Positions 41,491-60,693 of a stretch of DNA of 64,000 nt are shown in pieces; position 1 is the stretch's first letter; the number at the start of each line of letters is the position of its first letter. Both the position numbers and the translations under genes were made by a program. A model generated the notes under the pieces. It searched no databases and was not told the origin of the DNA. It worked only from the letters and a program-made list of their open reading frames with translations. Source of the stretch: the human T2T-CHM13v2.0 reference genome, Homo sapiens; assembly GCF_009914755.1 (NCBI RefSeq), contig NC_060940.1. One strand, given 5' to 3'.

Positions 41491-43556
41491 CTGCCTCTCT
41501 TTTAAGGACCCTGTGGGTACATTGGACTCACCTGGAGATTCCAGGATAACCTCCCCATCTCAGAGTCCTTAACTTTATCCCGTCTCCCTCTCCCTCTCCA
41601 TCTCTCTTTCCTCTCTTTCCTCTCTCCATCTTCCTCTTTCCCTCCTACACTTTTCCTCTTGTTCCTGCCGTTCATAGAAGGACACGACTTGTCATCCTGC
41701 ACGTGTGTTTGACGTCTCACTCCCCAGTTGTGTTAGAAACTCCATTTTCTTCCTCATTGCTGTCTTCCTGGGTCCTAGAGAGGAATGTTGGTTGAATTTT
41801 CCTCAATGTCTCTCCTTTCATCCTTTCCTTCCACTTCCTGGGCATGCATTTGTCCAATAAGAGAGGAAGAAAGACTGACATCATGCTCTAAACCCAGGGG
41901 ATTTCCAGCCCGTCTCGGGGTGACACTTATGTGACCATTGAGGTCTCTTTATGTGATGTCTTGCTGTGGGCAGTGCCAGGCCTAGTGGGCTGGCACCAGA
42001 GCAGCTTGGGGTTGGGGAAGCAACCTTCCATGAAGACCCTGTTTCCAGGTAGATCCCAGCCCCTTGGCCAAGCCCTGCTCCTCCGCTTGGGTCTCAGGGA
42101 TGCCATCCACCTTCTCTTTTGCTTCTTCTATTTTCTTGGTGAAATAGCGGCAGGGCCGCGGGGCCGCTGGAGGCTAGGGGAGGGTTGTCTAGGACAGAGG
42201 AAGGGCGGGCAGGCTTACTGGGGGCCAAGGTCCCATTGCAGAGGGGGCCCCTCGGTTGTGTTCAGCTGCTGGGCGCCGGGGTGGAGGAGCAGAGTGCTTT
42301 TCTTCAGGCCTGGTGTTTGCCAGGCTGGCAAGCCTCTGTGGGAAGAGGTTCCCCTTTGTTTTCTGCAGAGTGCGTGGGAGCTCCCCCTGTGGACTGAGGG
42401 TGGCCACATCGGAGGTGGGAGTGAAGGAGCTCAGGGACACACAGGACATCTGGAGTGTTCTCAGTGAACCCAGGTAAATGGCCTCCTGCTTCCTCCACGG
42501 CTGTCCTGAGCTGTAATACGATCTCAGGTGGCAATGCCAAGGAGCAGGAGGGGAGGGGGCATGAATGTCCAGGCCCTCAGGCTGTTTGTCCAAGACCCGA
42601 TCTTCCACTTGGGACCACTGTCTGAACACAGCACTCACTACCCACAACCTCAGGCTGGAGGGCGAGGTGCCATGAGCATCGCAGATGCTCACAGGGCATG
42701 TCTGCCATGCACCAGACAGGCAGGGGTTCAGGGGCACATAAGTCAAGAAACCCCAGTCTGCAGCAGGTCCACTGAGGCAGGAGAACAGCAAGGCAGCTCA
42801 GAAGTGACTTCCCATTGAGACCTGGGGATTAGGATCCATTCTGGTTTGTCCTTCCCCATGAAAATAGACAATGGGAAAAAACCAGGGACCAAGAGGTTTG
42901 CAGGCTGAGTTTCTGTCTGTGCTGTGGGCTGCTCTGACAGGTGTGTCCTCAGAGCCTTTTATGGGCTACGCTTGTGACTCAGGCAGCACAAGGGACTCCC
43001 CAGTTCCCTGCATGGGAGGTCCCTCTGACGGGAAGTGGTGCCTGGTATCCAGTTTGCTTTCGTATCAGTTCCTTTTGCATCCAACGACTCCAGTACCTCA
43101 AGATGTGGCAGGAAAAGCCCTTCCTAGAAACTTTTGGTGTGTTGGGCCTTTGCTGCTCAGACCTTGTGGAGTGCCTGAGGATCAGTGGGAGAGGGGTGGG
43201 TGCCCCTGAGCTGGAAGGCCCCCAGCCAGTGCTGAGGAAATGTGGGTGACACAGAACAGGCAGGTAACAGGCCAGTGCCATTCTCTGCCGGACTTCCACC
43301 TCCCCGACGACAGCAGCACTCCGTTGTGTTAGACGCCACCAGGCCTCCTTGGGACCCTGCCTTGGGGTGCTCACGTGGGAGGACTCTTGCCTCTGCTGCT
43401 GTCGAGGGGAGCCCTCCCCTCTGGGTCTGTAGGCTGCAGAACACGCCAAGGGGCACTGCAGCATGGAGGCAGGCTGGAAGGTTGGGGAGCAGAGGCTGCA
43501 GGGAGTAGAGGGAAAAAGATTTAAAGGAGACTGAAGTAAAAGGAAGAAACCTAATT

Positions 43557-43750
43557 CAGTAGTTCTCAACAGGGGGTGATAGCACCCCACGGGGGACACT
43601 CGCCAATGTCTGGGTGCATTTTTGGTTGTCACAGCTGGTGGTTGCTACAGGCATCTGGTGGGTCGAGGCCAGGATCTTGCTCATCATCTTACAATGCCCA
43701 GGGCAGCCCTGCCACAGAGAATGACCCAGCCCCCAATGTCCACAGTGCCC
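43557..43750 (+). mobile_element. MER20 (hAT-Charlie)
   Basis: CAGTAGTTCTCAAC.GGGGGTGAT...TTTTGGTTGTCACA...GGCATCTGGTGGGT.GAGGCCAGG...AATGTCCACAGTGCC. Confidence 0.88.
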
Positions 43751-44161
43751 GGGACGAGAGGGACTGATTGGGCTCCAGGGAGTGGCTGAGGCTGGGAGGA
43801 CACGGGCCTCATTTACCTCCACTTGAGCTCTGCAGGAAAACTCCTCCTTTGACTGGGTATTTCTGCAGTGGAAAAGCCCCATTTTTAATTTTCTTGAGCT
43901 GTGACTAGTGGTGCACAATGTGGCCAGTTGGCCTTTGGGTGAGTTTGGAAAATGGAAAGGCTCATATCTGGGCTCTGGGCCCTGACTTTACCTTGTCTAT
44001 GTGGAGCACTCTCATGCTTGCATTCCCCACCCTCTCAGCTCTCACGGCAGAAGTGGCATCTCGCCGCCTGGGAGCTGTCCCTCAGGGGGTTGGGCCCGCA
44101 TGGGCTCCTTCCAGCCTTCCATGGGATCTATGGGTGGGCAGAGCACAAAATAGCCAGGTGA

Positions 44162-44793
<632 letters not shown>

Positions 44794-45521
44794 CTACGTG
44801 TTCAAGGAAGCGAAGGGATGAAGACTCACCTGGTGTGGAGAAGAACAAAGAAATCCTGAAAATGTTCATTGGTTTGGCAGTGGAGGGATGGCCACACACG
44901 CTCCTGTTAGACTGGGTAATGGGGCAGCTCTTTCTTGGGGGATGAGCAATCGGGGACAGTGGCAGGCCCTGTCTTGGGGTCCACAGTGCTATTTCCAAGG
45001 GTAGCAGTAGCTTCCTGGAAGCTGCGGTCTGAGCTGTGCTCCTGGCTGTGATGTTCTCTTCCCACCCATGGGTGCCACTCACGCAGGACCCTGCTCTTGC
45101 CATATCTGCCCTGGATGCACGTTTCGGCCACGTGCCGCCTGGAAGCAAAGGATGTAGGTCAGCATTCATGGGAGCAGACAGAGATGGCCCAGGCTACAGG
45201 TCCCGGCTGCCCATTGGAGAACGCAGCTTGGAAAGTACACGCTGATGTGGCCGCTGAGAACCAACACCCCTTTGACCATGAGGTCAGACCCCTCTCGGAA
45301 GAAGAGAAACTGAGACGCTTGTGATGGGAGAGCTGCCATGAGCTGGCTTGGGGCACGGGGGTGGGGAGGAGACGTCAGGAAAACTCTAAAATTTCTGCAG
45401 CATGTTTTGCTTTTGCTCACCTAGATTTAGAGGAATCCTCTGGGAAAATGAAACTGAAATCTTACTTCCCCACTGGCAGCCTCCTGGTGGCCACAGGATA
45501 TGGACTTGACTTTGGTTATAG

Positions 45522-45968
<447 letters not shown>

Positions 45969-46278
45969 TAAGTTTCATAACCACCACAATAATGACCTAG
46001 AACATTCCCATCATTCCAGAAGGTCCTGTCATTCCCCTTTGTAATGAACCCATGCTCTGTCCCAGTGCCCTGCAAACACAGATCTGCTTTTCATCATTGT
46101 TTTGCCCTTTTTAAGAATTGTAGCCAAATGGAATCTTACAGTATTTAGTCTCTTATTCTTTTTTTTTTTACACTTAATATAATGCTTTGAAGAGCCATCT
46201 GTATTGTTATATTGATGTTTGTATAAGCAGTCCGTTCCTTTTATTTCTGTGTAGTATTCTAGGGTATGGATATGCCAC

Positions 46279-46656
46279 TGATATGATTTGGCTTTTTGTC
46301 CCCACCCAAATCTCACCTTGAATTGTAATCCTCGTAATCCCCACGTATCAAGGGAGAGACCGGGTAGAGGTAACTGAATTATGGGGACGGTTTCCCCCGT
46401 GCTGTCTTCATGGTAGTGAGTGAATTCTCATGATATCTCATAGTTTTATAAGGGGCTCTTCCCCCTTCTCTCAGCACTTCTCCTTCCTGCCGTCATGTGA
46501 AGAAGGTGCCTTGCCTCCTCTTCACCTTCCACCATGATTGTAAGTTCCGCAAAGCCTCCCCAGCCATGCTGAACTGTGAGTCAATTAAACCTTTTTCCTT
46601 TATGAATTATCCAGTCTTGGCAGTTCTTTATAGCAGTATGAAAAGGGACCAATACA
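46279..46656 (+). mobile_element. THE1 (C/D-like) solo LTR
   Basis: TGATATG...AATACA termini, 378 bp; 5-bp TSD GCCAC at 46274 and 46657. Confidence 0.92.
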
Positions 46657-46749
46657 GCCACAGTGTGTTTATTCACCTGCCAGGTGATAGCGAGGTCATT
46701 TCCCTTGGCCATTATGAACAAAACTTCTATAAACATGCTAACAGGTATT

Positions 46750-47365
46750 CACTATGGAAAACAGTATGCTGATTCCTTAAAGAACTAAAAGTAGAACTAC
46801 CATTTGATCCAGCAATCCCACTACTCGGTATCTACCCAGAGGAAAAGAAGTCATTATATGAAAAAGACACTTGCACACGTATGTTTATAGTAGCACAATT
46901 TGCAGTGGCAAAAATACAGACCCAACCAAAATGCCCACCAACCAACGAGTGGATAAAGAAAATGTGGTGTATATATACACCATGGAGACACTACTCAGCC
47001 ATAAAACAGTATGAAATAATGGTTTTTGCAGCAACTTGAATGGAGTTGGAGGCCATTATTCTAAGTGAAGTAACTTAGAAATGGAAAACCGAATATTGTA
47101 TGTTCTCACTTATAAGTGGGAGCTAAGCCATGAGAATGAAAAAGCATAAGAATGACTTGGTGGGGAAGGGTGGAAGTGGGGTGAGGCATAAAAGACCACA
47201 CATTGGGTGCAGTATACACTGCTAGGGTGATGAGTGCACCAAAATGTCAGAAATCACCACTGAAGAACTTATCCATGTAACCAAAAGCCACCTGTTCCCC
47301 TAAAACTATTTAAAGTAAAATAAAAGAAATACAAAAAGTGAATGACTGACAAAAAACCCAAACAA
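46750..47365 (+). mobile_element. L1PB 3' end, 5'-truncated
   Basis: L1PB-type 3' UTR; TSD ACATGYTAAYAGGTATT at 46733 and 47368. Confidence 0.88.
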
Positions 47366-48395
47366 GCACATGTTAATAGGTATTAATGTGGACATATGTT
47401 TTTTCTGTTTTTTTTTTTTTTTTTTTTTTTTGGTGGGAGGTGGGAGTTAATACTTCAAGTGGAATTGCTGGGTCACAGGATAAGTTTATGTTTAACTTTG
47501 TAAGGAACTGCCAAACTGTTTTCCAAATTTACTGCACAGTTTTGCATCCTTGCCATCAACATCTGAGAGTTTCAGTTGCTCCACATCCTTGTCAGCACTT
47601 GGTATTGTCAGTTTAAAAAATTTTAACCATCCTAGTGACCATATTGGGATATTTATTTATGGTTTTAATTTGTATTTGCCTGAGGACTGATGATGGTTTT
47701 AAGTGCTTACTTGCCACCTGTATATTTTCTTCCATGAAGTATCTGTTTAGATCATACGGCCATTACAAAAATTAGGTTATTTGTTTTCTTTATTGAGCAG
47801 CAAGAGTTTTTATATGTTCAGGATACACATCTTTGTCAGATATATGTTTTGCAAATATTTTTTGTGGCTTGCCTTTTCATTTTCTTAACAGTGGCATTTG
47901 AAGTGCAAAAATTAAAAAAATTTTGAAGTCCAATTTCTTAAATATTATAGTTTGTGCTTTTTGTGTCCTGTTTAAGAAATCTTTAATTAATCCAAGGTCA
48001 CTTAGATTTTTCTCCTATTTTTTTCTAGGAGTTTTATAATTGTAGCTCTTAAATTTATGTCTTAGACCTATTCTGAGTTAACTTTTGTATACAATAGGAG
48101 AGTTGTGGTTTACTTTTTTCCTATAGGGATACTCAATATCACATCTAATTTCATCAGCTGAAAAGAGGATTCTTTCCTCATTGAATTGTTTTGTCATCTT
48201 GTCATATTTGCAGAAAATCCACTGGCTATTTATGTGTGGTTCTATTTTTAGTCTATTCTGATTTTACTAGAAAAAGTAAGATATACCTTCTTTTTGGAAA
48301 AACGGTAACACCAAATGTAGCTGAAAAAACAATGTAACAATGCCAAAAAAAAAGGCAAAAAGGCACTTATATTCTTATCACCCTAAAACCCGTAT

Positions 48396-48807
<412 letters not shown>

Positions 48808-48819
48808 TAAAACCCATAT

Positions 48820-49414
<595 letters not shown>

Positions 49415-50229
49415 TATCTGCATATTCCCATTCGATCTGTCACATACCTAGAAATACAGGGACGCCCTCATATCATGTTCTGCCTTGGTATGTGATGTAT
49501 CTATGATGCATCCCCAGGTTTAGTGTGGAGCTGCCAGGGGTTTCCTACTCTTTTGTGTTTCAGAGACTACTAGAAAAAGAGTGCGTGGGGAAGTTGATAG
49601 TTAACATTGTAATAGGTTGTTTAAAGAACCAACTACCATATAGTAGCATCATTATTCATAACAGGAAGGCTATTTTAGCTCCAAAAAATAAGGATGTCTC
49701 AGACTGAGTTTCTGCCTAAACCGCTATTCTAGAACTGCCACTTCAGACCCATGGACAGGACACAGGCCTGGGGTCAGCTGGCCTCAGGATGCCCCACGGC
49801 AGCCTCAGGGTGACTTGTGGTCTCTGTTGCTTTCTTCTGTGACTGATTTGCTCTCTCTGAGGCTCTGGTTCCTCATCTAACGAGTTTGAACAATATCCCT
49901 TTTCTAGACTGAAGCTGCTTACAATTTTTAAATGAGGGTTTTCTCAGCTTTGGTCTGTAGGGTTTTTTAGAAATCAGCATCAGTTCAGTCTGATACATAT
50001 GCACCAGGAAGGAGAGTGAATGCTGTGGATACTTCCCTCTGTGACCTGACCACCCCAACACCCTCTCCTGGAAGTGAAGGTCCCCAGGAGGGGAGTGGGG
50101 AGCCTCTCATCCATGAGCTCCCCCACCCTCATGTCCTTCTTTCCACTGTGGAGGATCAGGAGCGTGGGTCTCCCCAGCCTTCCTTCCAAAGGCTTCATTC
50201 AGCCTCAGTTGCTTCCATTCTTTTGCAAA

Positions 50230-50639
50230 TTTGGAGTCCTAATTGCGGAAACAGAGTCAGACTGGCAGAACTGAGGAAAAGCAAAAAGAAAAAGCAGGTA
50301 AGCCACAAGTCTGCCTTTCTTCATGGTCCAGGATATGCAGCCCTCCTGCACCCAACTTATTGTCAGACACCTGCAAGATAGCGCGCTGCAACCTCGGTGT
50401 TGTCAGTACTGCATGTCGCTCTCTCCTGCACGCAGCACGAGCACCATCCTATAAAGTCCTCAGCAAGCCTTTGCCTCCTTGCAGTCAGTTCCTCTCTTGC
50501 TGTCCTGCCCATTGCTCCCTTACAACATATTTTCCATACTTTCTCTAATAAATCTGCTTTTCTTTACCAACAACTGTCTTGGTAAATTCTTCCTGCCCTG
50601 GTACAACCGGACCCAGATAGTTGCTGCTCACCTGTGACA
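50230..50639 (+). mobile_element. ERV1-class solo LTR (LTR23-like; family uncertain)
   Basis: TATAAA 50450, AATAAA 50547, TGTCTTGGTAAATTCTT, ends TGTGACA. Confidence 0.75.
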
Positions 50640-50656
50640 TCAAATGCACACTTTTA

Positions 50657-51010
<354 letters not shown>

Positions 51011-51312
51011 TTATTTTAAATCTTGCCCATTTCCCTTGAGAAAAATCAGCCTCTTCCTTTTCATTTCACTGAGAAGCTCTTAGAAGCTGAGCGAGGCAGT
51101 GATGACAGCAAGGCCAAAGGAAGCCAGAACACTGAAGCGAGACCGCAGAGATGGGGACTGAGCAGAATACCACCACCGACGTTCCTGCAAGGCTCCAGAT
51201 GCTCACCTGAACTGTTGACAGGTGTGATCAGAGGAAGACAAACAAGGAATACACTCGCTTGTCTTCTTCTGGTCACGTCTTTTTGTCAAGTATCAACAAT
51301 TGAAGAAATACT

Positions 51313-51812
51313 TGTGGTAGGGAAAATAAGGGTCCTGTAAAGATGTCCACCTCTTAATCCCCGGACCTGTGAATATGTACCTGGCAAAGAGGAATTAAAG
51401 GTGCAGACAGAATTAAGCGTTCTCATCTGGTGACCTGGAGATGGGAGATGATCCCATATTAACCAGGTGGGCCCAGCATAGCCACAGAGGCTCTTCACTG
51501 TGGAGAGGGAAGCAGGAGAGAGACAGGGTGAGATGTGACTATGGGAGCAGGGTCAGGGAGGTAGCACTGCTGGCTTTGAAGACACAGGAAGGGGCCATGA
51601 GCCAAGGAACACAGGCAGCCTCTGGAAGCCAGAAGAGACAAGGAAACAGATTCTCCACTGGAGCTTCCAGAAGGAACCAGCACTGCCCACACCTGGATTT
51701 TAGCCCAGTGAGCTTCATATTGGAATTCTGACCTCCAGTAAGATAATATATTTGTGTGGTTTAAAGCCACTCAGTTTTTGGTAATTTTTTATAGCAGCAA
51801 TAGAAAATGAAA
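51313..51812 (+). mobile_element. MLT1D-like solo LTR
   Basis: TGTGGTAGG...AAAGATGTCCAC...GCTGGCTTTGAAGA...TTTTAGCCCAGTGAG...TAAAGCCACT...ATAGCAGCAATAGAAAA. Confidence 0.88.
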
Positions 51813-53199
51813 ATGAAGATAATATTTTCCCTTCCTTAGTCATTTTTTCCTGTTTTGTAATAGAATGGTGACAAAATTGCATTGGAAACTTACTTGTTTT
51901 CTTTTGGACTACCTTGAAGTTTATTCACTATTTTAAAGGTTGTTTTTTAAATTTAAAACAATCTGCAATAGATTTTTTTTGGATATAACCTGTAGTTATG
52001 AGCCTCCCACTTATGAATAGAATTTTTATACATTTTTCTCTACGTAAATCCATATGACAATATGCCATATGACAATATGCCATATGTTAAAGGAATTCTT
52101 TATAAATGTCAATGAATTCACCAAATATCAAAAAAAGAGAAAAAGATAGCTCTGTGCTAGAATGAGGAGCTGTACTCTGTCTCATTACAGATGATAGCCC
52201 TACTTCAAGTTTTGAATTGGAACCCATTTTATTTCAATTTAAGAGAGAGTTTGCTAAATGTTAAACTGTCGAAAACAAACTGCTTTGTGAGATAGCACTT
52301 CTATTATTACTGGAACAATTCAAAGATGCTGTTAAGAGGGGATTCCTGCAACAATTGGGAAGTTATGTTAGGTCATTCCTATGGTCATTCCCAGCACAAA
52401 GATGGTGCAATTTCATGATTTTGAATAATCTGGAATTGCTTCTCAGTTTTCTTGCTCTGACGGCCCAACCCCCATCCCAGTTGCCCTGTTTTTCCCAAGA
52501 AATAGATATGTGCAATTAGCACTGAAGCCTCTTCAGCGTTCAACCTGCGCTTTCTGCTAAGGGGAGTTGATCAAGGTCTGGCAGCTGGTGGATGACAGGA
52601 AGAACCTGGAGCCGTTCTCCTGGATCACCCGCCCGGACTGGCCATGTTGCAGGTTCCGGGGCTGTGTTTGTTCTTCTTTTCTTTGCTAGCCTTGTCGTCT
52701 TTGGGGAGTGTGAGGGAATTCAGGGCCAGCTGGCACGCCCAGTCCCTTTCCTTCCTCTCATCTTGGTCGCTCTTTAGTGGAGCTCATAACTTAGATTCTT
52801 TCCTGTTATCAACTCTCCTAACCCCCTATCTGATGGCAAGGCAGGAATGTGCCCAGGTGGCTGCCTCGGTCCCAGAGTTTGTATGTAAAATCCAGGGGGT
52901 GCCTTCAGCCTTTGAACAGACATTTCCTATGCTGTGATCACAACCTGAGGAAATGCTATGCAAGATGAGCTCAGACAGGGAGCAGCGGAGGGCACAGACC
53001 ATTAATTTGTTCGAGTTGTAGGATTTGGGAATGATTTGCTTTTTTTTTCTTTTATATTTTCAATCCTGATGAACCACTAATTTTTAATCAATAAAAAACT
53101 GTTGTGAGAAACAAGAGACATAACTGTATACAGGGTTCACTATCTTTTAGGTCAGAGAAAATGATGATTGAGGACAAAAAGCTGAACAGCTGTTTTATC

Positions 53200-53724
53200 T
53201 CCTATATGTGGGTGAAACTTAGAAAATAAAAGTGAGATTACTTGCCATTGTTTTCAAAGTGTTAGTCATCGTCATTAGAAAGGAGAAGTTGACATATAAA
53301 CAGTGGAAAAAGACAGTTGCTATTTGTGGATGATGTCAGCCTATGTAACATCATATTAATTAATAACTGATATTAATTACAACAAGGGAGGCCAATGAGG
53401 CAGCCAGTTACAGAATAGGAACTCAGAAATCTGTACTTACTAGTAATAAGAATTCAAAAATTGTAATAGAAAAAAGAGTTCATTCACAATGGCAACAAAA
53501 ACAACTAGGGAAAATTTCATGAAAAGTATGTGCTGGACCCAAAGTGAAAAAAATTGAAGACACTCCATTGGGGAGCACAAAAGATGTTGTTCTTGGGAAG
53601 AAAGAGTCACATTGAAAAGATGTCAATTCCCCATAAATTATCTATCAATGTAATGCCGTTTTCAGTACATTACCGGTGAACTAACTTACTTTATTTTTCT
53701 TCTCTTTCTTTCTTTCTTTCTTTT

Positions 53725-53784
<60 letters not shown>

Positions 53785-53827
53785 TTTTTCTTCTTTCTTT
53801 CTTTTTCTTTCTTTCTTTCTTTCTTTC

Positions 53828-53898
<71 letters not shown>

Positions 53899-55200
53899 CT
53901 TTCTTTTTCTTTCCCTCCCTCCCTCCCTCCTTCCTTCCTTCTTTCTTTCTTTCTTCTTTTTCTTTCTTTTCTTCTCTCTTTCTCTTTCACCCTCTCCCTC
54001 TGCCTGTCCTCTCCTCTCCTATCCCTTCCCCTCCCCTCCCCTCCTCTTTCCTCCCCTCCTCTTTCCTCCCCTCCTCTCCCCTCCCTTCCTCTCCCCTCCC
54101 CTCCTCTCCTCTCCTTTCTCTTTCTTCCTTTCTTTCTCTGTTTCTCTTTCTTTCTTCCTCTCTTTCCCTCTCTGTCTCTTTTTTATTTCTCTTTCTTTCT
54201 TCCTAACACATTATTCTCAAGTTTATCTGTAAGACTACACATAGGAGGATGGCCAGGAAATGTTTGCGTGTGTTTTGCTAGCTTTTATAAAATTTATCCA
54301 AAACTTACAAGTAGTAAAATTCACTTGTGTTTTGGTGTTCAGTTCTTTAAGTTTTGACACATTCACAGGGCTGCGTGCCTTAGTGGAGATGCATCAGGAT
54401 ACAGAAAAGTTCCACCTCCCAAGCTCCTGGGGCGGCTCCTCTGCAGTCAGGCCTCCCTCCACGCCTACTGCCTGGCAGCCTGGGGCTGATCTCTCTCCCT
54501 GTAGTTTTGCCATTTCAAGAACGTCATAGACATGGAATCGTACATTATGTAATCTTTTGTGTCTGACTTCTTTCATTTGGCTTAAGGTATTTCAGATTCA
54601 TCCATACTGTTGCCCGTGTCAATAGTTTGTTCTGTTTGCTGGTGGTATTCCATTTGATGGATGTCCCACAGTTTGTTTATCTATTCCTATTAAAGGGCAT
54701 TTGAGTTGTTTTTGATTTTTAGTGATTATGAATAAAGTTGCTGTAAGTTTTATGTACAGGGTTTTGGGTAGGCATAAGTTTTTACTTCTCTAGTGTGAGG
54801 GCGTACATCTCTCCGCCTTATTCTCGGACTTCAGGGAAAGCATTCCCTTTTTCAACATTTAGTATAAGTTTAGTTGTAGGCTTTTTGTAGGTGTCCTTTA
54901 TTGGATTAGAGAAGTTTCTTTATATTCCTAGTTTGCTGAAAGTTTTTTTTTTTTTTAATCATGAATGAATGTTGGATTTAGGCAAGCACATTTTCTACAT
55001 TGATTGAGACAATAATGTGGTTTTTATTCTTTAGTCTGTTAGTATAGTGGATTACACTGATGGACTTTTTTAGTGTTGATTCAAATTTGAAGTCCAGGAA
55101 AAAATGCTATTTGGTGATGGTGTACTAGCCTTACTGTACTGGCTTTGAGTTGCTCATATTTTGATGAGGACTTTTGTGTTTATGTTTACAGGGATATTGG
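53200..55200. mobile_element. Cluster of old L1M fragments (sense about 53200-54260, antisense about 54280-55200)
   Basis: AAGATGTCAATTCCCCATAAATTATCTAT (ORF2); CATGGAATCGTACATTATGT and GGACTTCAGGGAAAGCATTC (antisense). Confidence 0.65.
53690..54203. repeat. (TTTC)n STR followed by a CT-rich tract
   Basis: Long TTTC runs, then CCTC/CCCCT units. Confidence 0.96.
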
Positions 55201-55936
55201 TTCAACTCCAATGTAAGAAAAATTATAACCTGCTTGTCGAGAACTTTGGAACTTGCATGAAACATGTTATTCCCATCCCATAGTCACCCTTGTTTGGTCG
55301 CGTGACCCAGAGGAAGCACATTCTCCTGGGTCGGTCACGCTCAGCCTAGCCTGGAATTTGCAGGAAGGAGCCTAGTTCCCTGCTGGGGCCACTGTCCATG
55401 CCAGCAAGGTCAGCATCTTTGGAGCAAAACTTTTTGAGAAGTAACAAAGGGTGTCACATGTTATTACCAAAGCAAATACAGAATGCATTTCAAAACATGG
55501 CCCTGGAGATCTCCCCACCAATCCTACTCAACCTCCCCTGACCTCTACCCCTAAGAACCATCCCAGGATGTCTTCTGGGAGGTGGTGTGCTCGGCAGATC
55601 TTTACATACCGGATGGTTGGCATGGCAGTTATAACAGCTTTTCTAAGGGAGGAATGTAGAACCCAGCACGCTGGACAAAATAAACACTGAATTATAAACG
55701 GATTAAAATTGTTCTAAGAAGGAGTGCAACTTAAACAGAAACAGAAATGGGTTGCTAAGAGTGTAAAATGTGATGGAGTGTCTCTGGATTGGTGAACTGT
55801 TAGTGATTACGAGGGACTGAGCCACACCCTTAAATTGCCACTTCCTGAATAGTTGAGAATACTCCTTAACACCTCCTGCTGTTGAGGACTACCCAGGCCT
55901 CCAAGTCCTTCAGGACAGGTGGAGCAACTGCTGCCT

Positions 55937-56225
55937 GTTTTGTTTGTTTGTTTTGAGTCAAGGTCCCACTCTGCCGCCCAGGCTGGGTGCGATGGTACAA
56001 TCCCGGCTCACTTGCAGCCTCGACCTCCTGTACTCAAGGGATCCTCCCGCCTCAGTCTCCCGAGTAGCTGGGACCACAGGTGCGTTCAACCACGTCCAGA
56101 TAATTTTTTGTAGAGACGGGGTCTCACTTTTTTGCCTAGGCTGGTCTTGAACTCCTGGGCTCAAGTGACCCTCCTGCCTTGGCCTCCTGAGCTGCTGGGA
56201 TTACAGGTGTGAACCACCATGCCCA
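55937..56225 (-). mobile_element. AluJ
   Basis: Antisense dimer with J-type diagnostics. Confidence 0.88.
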
Positions 56226-56620
56226 CCTCTCCTGCTGTTTTTCTGTACCTTGACAGGGGGACAGCATTTGCTTTCTGTTCCTAGATTGCATTCCTAGTGG
56301 AATAAAGGCACGATCTGTGCCCTGGAAGGGCAAGCGTCACTGAGATTTTATTTTGGGCATATGGGAGGATTTTGGGTGAAACTTAGACAAAAGTAACCAG
56401 CATATTTTACTTCCTTAGTAGTAATTTAAATGCTTAGGGCTTAAACAAAGGCATTTGCAAAAATGGATCAGGTTTTGTGGATCATAACTTTTATTTTCTT
56501 ATAACATTCCCTTAGATATCATGGGAGAGCCTCTTATTATCTCAAGAAGAAGATGAAGAATTCCACAATTTTCCTATTTAATGACTGCCTTATCACTCAT
56601 TGAAAAGGTCTAGTTTCCTA

Positions 56621-58973
<2,353 letters not shown>

Positions 58974-58974
<1 letters not shown>

Positions 58975-60676
58975 TTCAAGGAGAACTACAAACCAGTGCT
59001 CAACAAAATAAATGAGGACACAAACAAATGGAAGAACATTCCACGCTCATGGATAGGAAGAATCAATATCATGAAAATGGCCATACTGCCCAAGGTAATT
59101 TATAGATTCAATGCCATCCCCAGCAAGCTACGAATGACTTTCTTCACAGAATTGGATAAAACTACTTTATAGTTCATATGGAACCAAAAAAGAGCCTGCA
59201 TTGCTAAGACAATCCTAAGCCAAAAGAACAAAGCTGGAGGCATCACGCTACCCGACTTCAAACTATACTACACAGCTACAGTAACCAAAACAGCATGGTA
59301 CTTGTATCAAAACAGAGATATAGACCAATGGAACAGAACAGAGCCCTCAGAAATAATACCACACATCTACAACCATCTGATCTTTGACAAACCTGACAAA
59401 AACAAGAAATGGGGAAAGGATTCCCTATTTAATAAATGGTGCTGGGAAAACTGGCTAGCCATATGTAGAAAGATGAAACTGGATCCCTTCCTTACACCTT
59501 ATAGAAAAATTAATTCAAGATGGATTAAAGACTTAAATGTTAGACCTAAAACCACAAAAACCCTAGGAGAAAACCTAGGCAATACCATTCAGGACTTAGG
59601 CATGGGCAAGGACTTCATGTCTAAAACACCAAAAGCAATGGCAACAAACGCCAAAATTGACAAATGGGATCTAATGAAACTAAAGAGCTTCTGCACAGCA
59701 AAGGAAACTACCATCAGAGTGAACAGGCAACCTACAGAATGGGAGAAAATTTTTGCAATGTACTCATCTGACAAAGGGCTAATATCCAGAATCTACAAAG
59801 AACTCAAACAAATTTACAAGGAAAAAAAACAACCCCATCAAAAAGTGGGCAAAGGGTATGAACAGACACTTCTCACAAGAAGACATTTATGCACCCAAAA
59901 GACACATGAAAAAATGCTCATCCTCACTGGCCATCAGAGAAATGCAAATCAAAACCACAATGAGATACCATCTCACAGCAGTTAGAATGGCAATCATTAA
60001 AAAGTCAGGAAACAACAGGTGCTGGAGAGGATGTGGAGAAAGAGGAACACTTTTACACTGTTGGTGGGACTGTAAACTAGTTCAACCATTGTGGAAGACA
60101 GTGTGGCGATTCCTCAAGGATCTAGAACTAGAAATACCATTTGACCCAGCCATCCCATTACTGGGTATATACCCAAAGGATTATAAATCATGCTGCTATA
60201 AAGACACATGCACACGTATGTTTATTGTGGCACTATTCACAATAGAAAGACTTGGAACCAACCCAAATGTCCATCAATGATAGACTGGATTAAGACAATG
60301 TGGCACATATACACCATGGAATACTATGCAGCCATAAAAAAGGATGAGTTCATGTCCTTTGTAGGGACACGGATGAAGCTGGAAACCATCATTCTCAGCA
60401 AACTATCACAAGGACATCAAACACTGCATGTACTCACTCATAGGTAGGAATTGAAAAATGAGAACACTTGGACAAAGGATGGGGAACATCACACACCGGG
60501 GCCTGTCGTGGGGTGGGGGGAGGGAGGAGGGATAGCATTAGGAGATATACCTAATGTTAAATGAAGAGTTAATGGGTGCAGCACACCAACATGACACATG
60601 TATACATATGTAACAAACCTGCACTTTGTGCACATGTACCCTAGAACTTAAAGAATAAAAAAAAAAAAAAAAAAAA
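58974..60676 (+). mobile_element. L1PA (about PA4/5): non-inverted 3' segment with poly(A)
   Basis: ORF2 C-terminus ([18 protein letters not shown]), 3' UTR and poly(A); right TSD at 60677-60693. Confidence 0.97.
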
Positions 60677-60693
60677 GAAAGCACACACTTTCA

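Noticed and set aside
55300-55340. Hairpin GCGTGACC...GGTCACGC and ERE-like GGTCGCGTGACC
   Set aside because: Imperfect stem and wrong spacing for an ERE; resembles GTGACC motifs of decayed ERVL-type LTRs.
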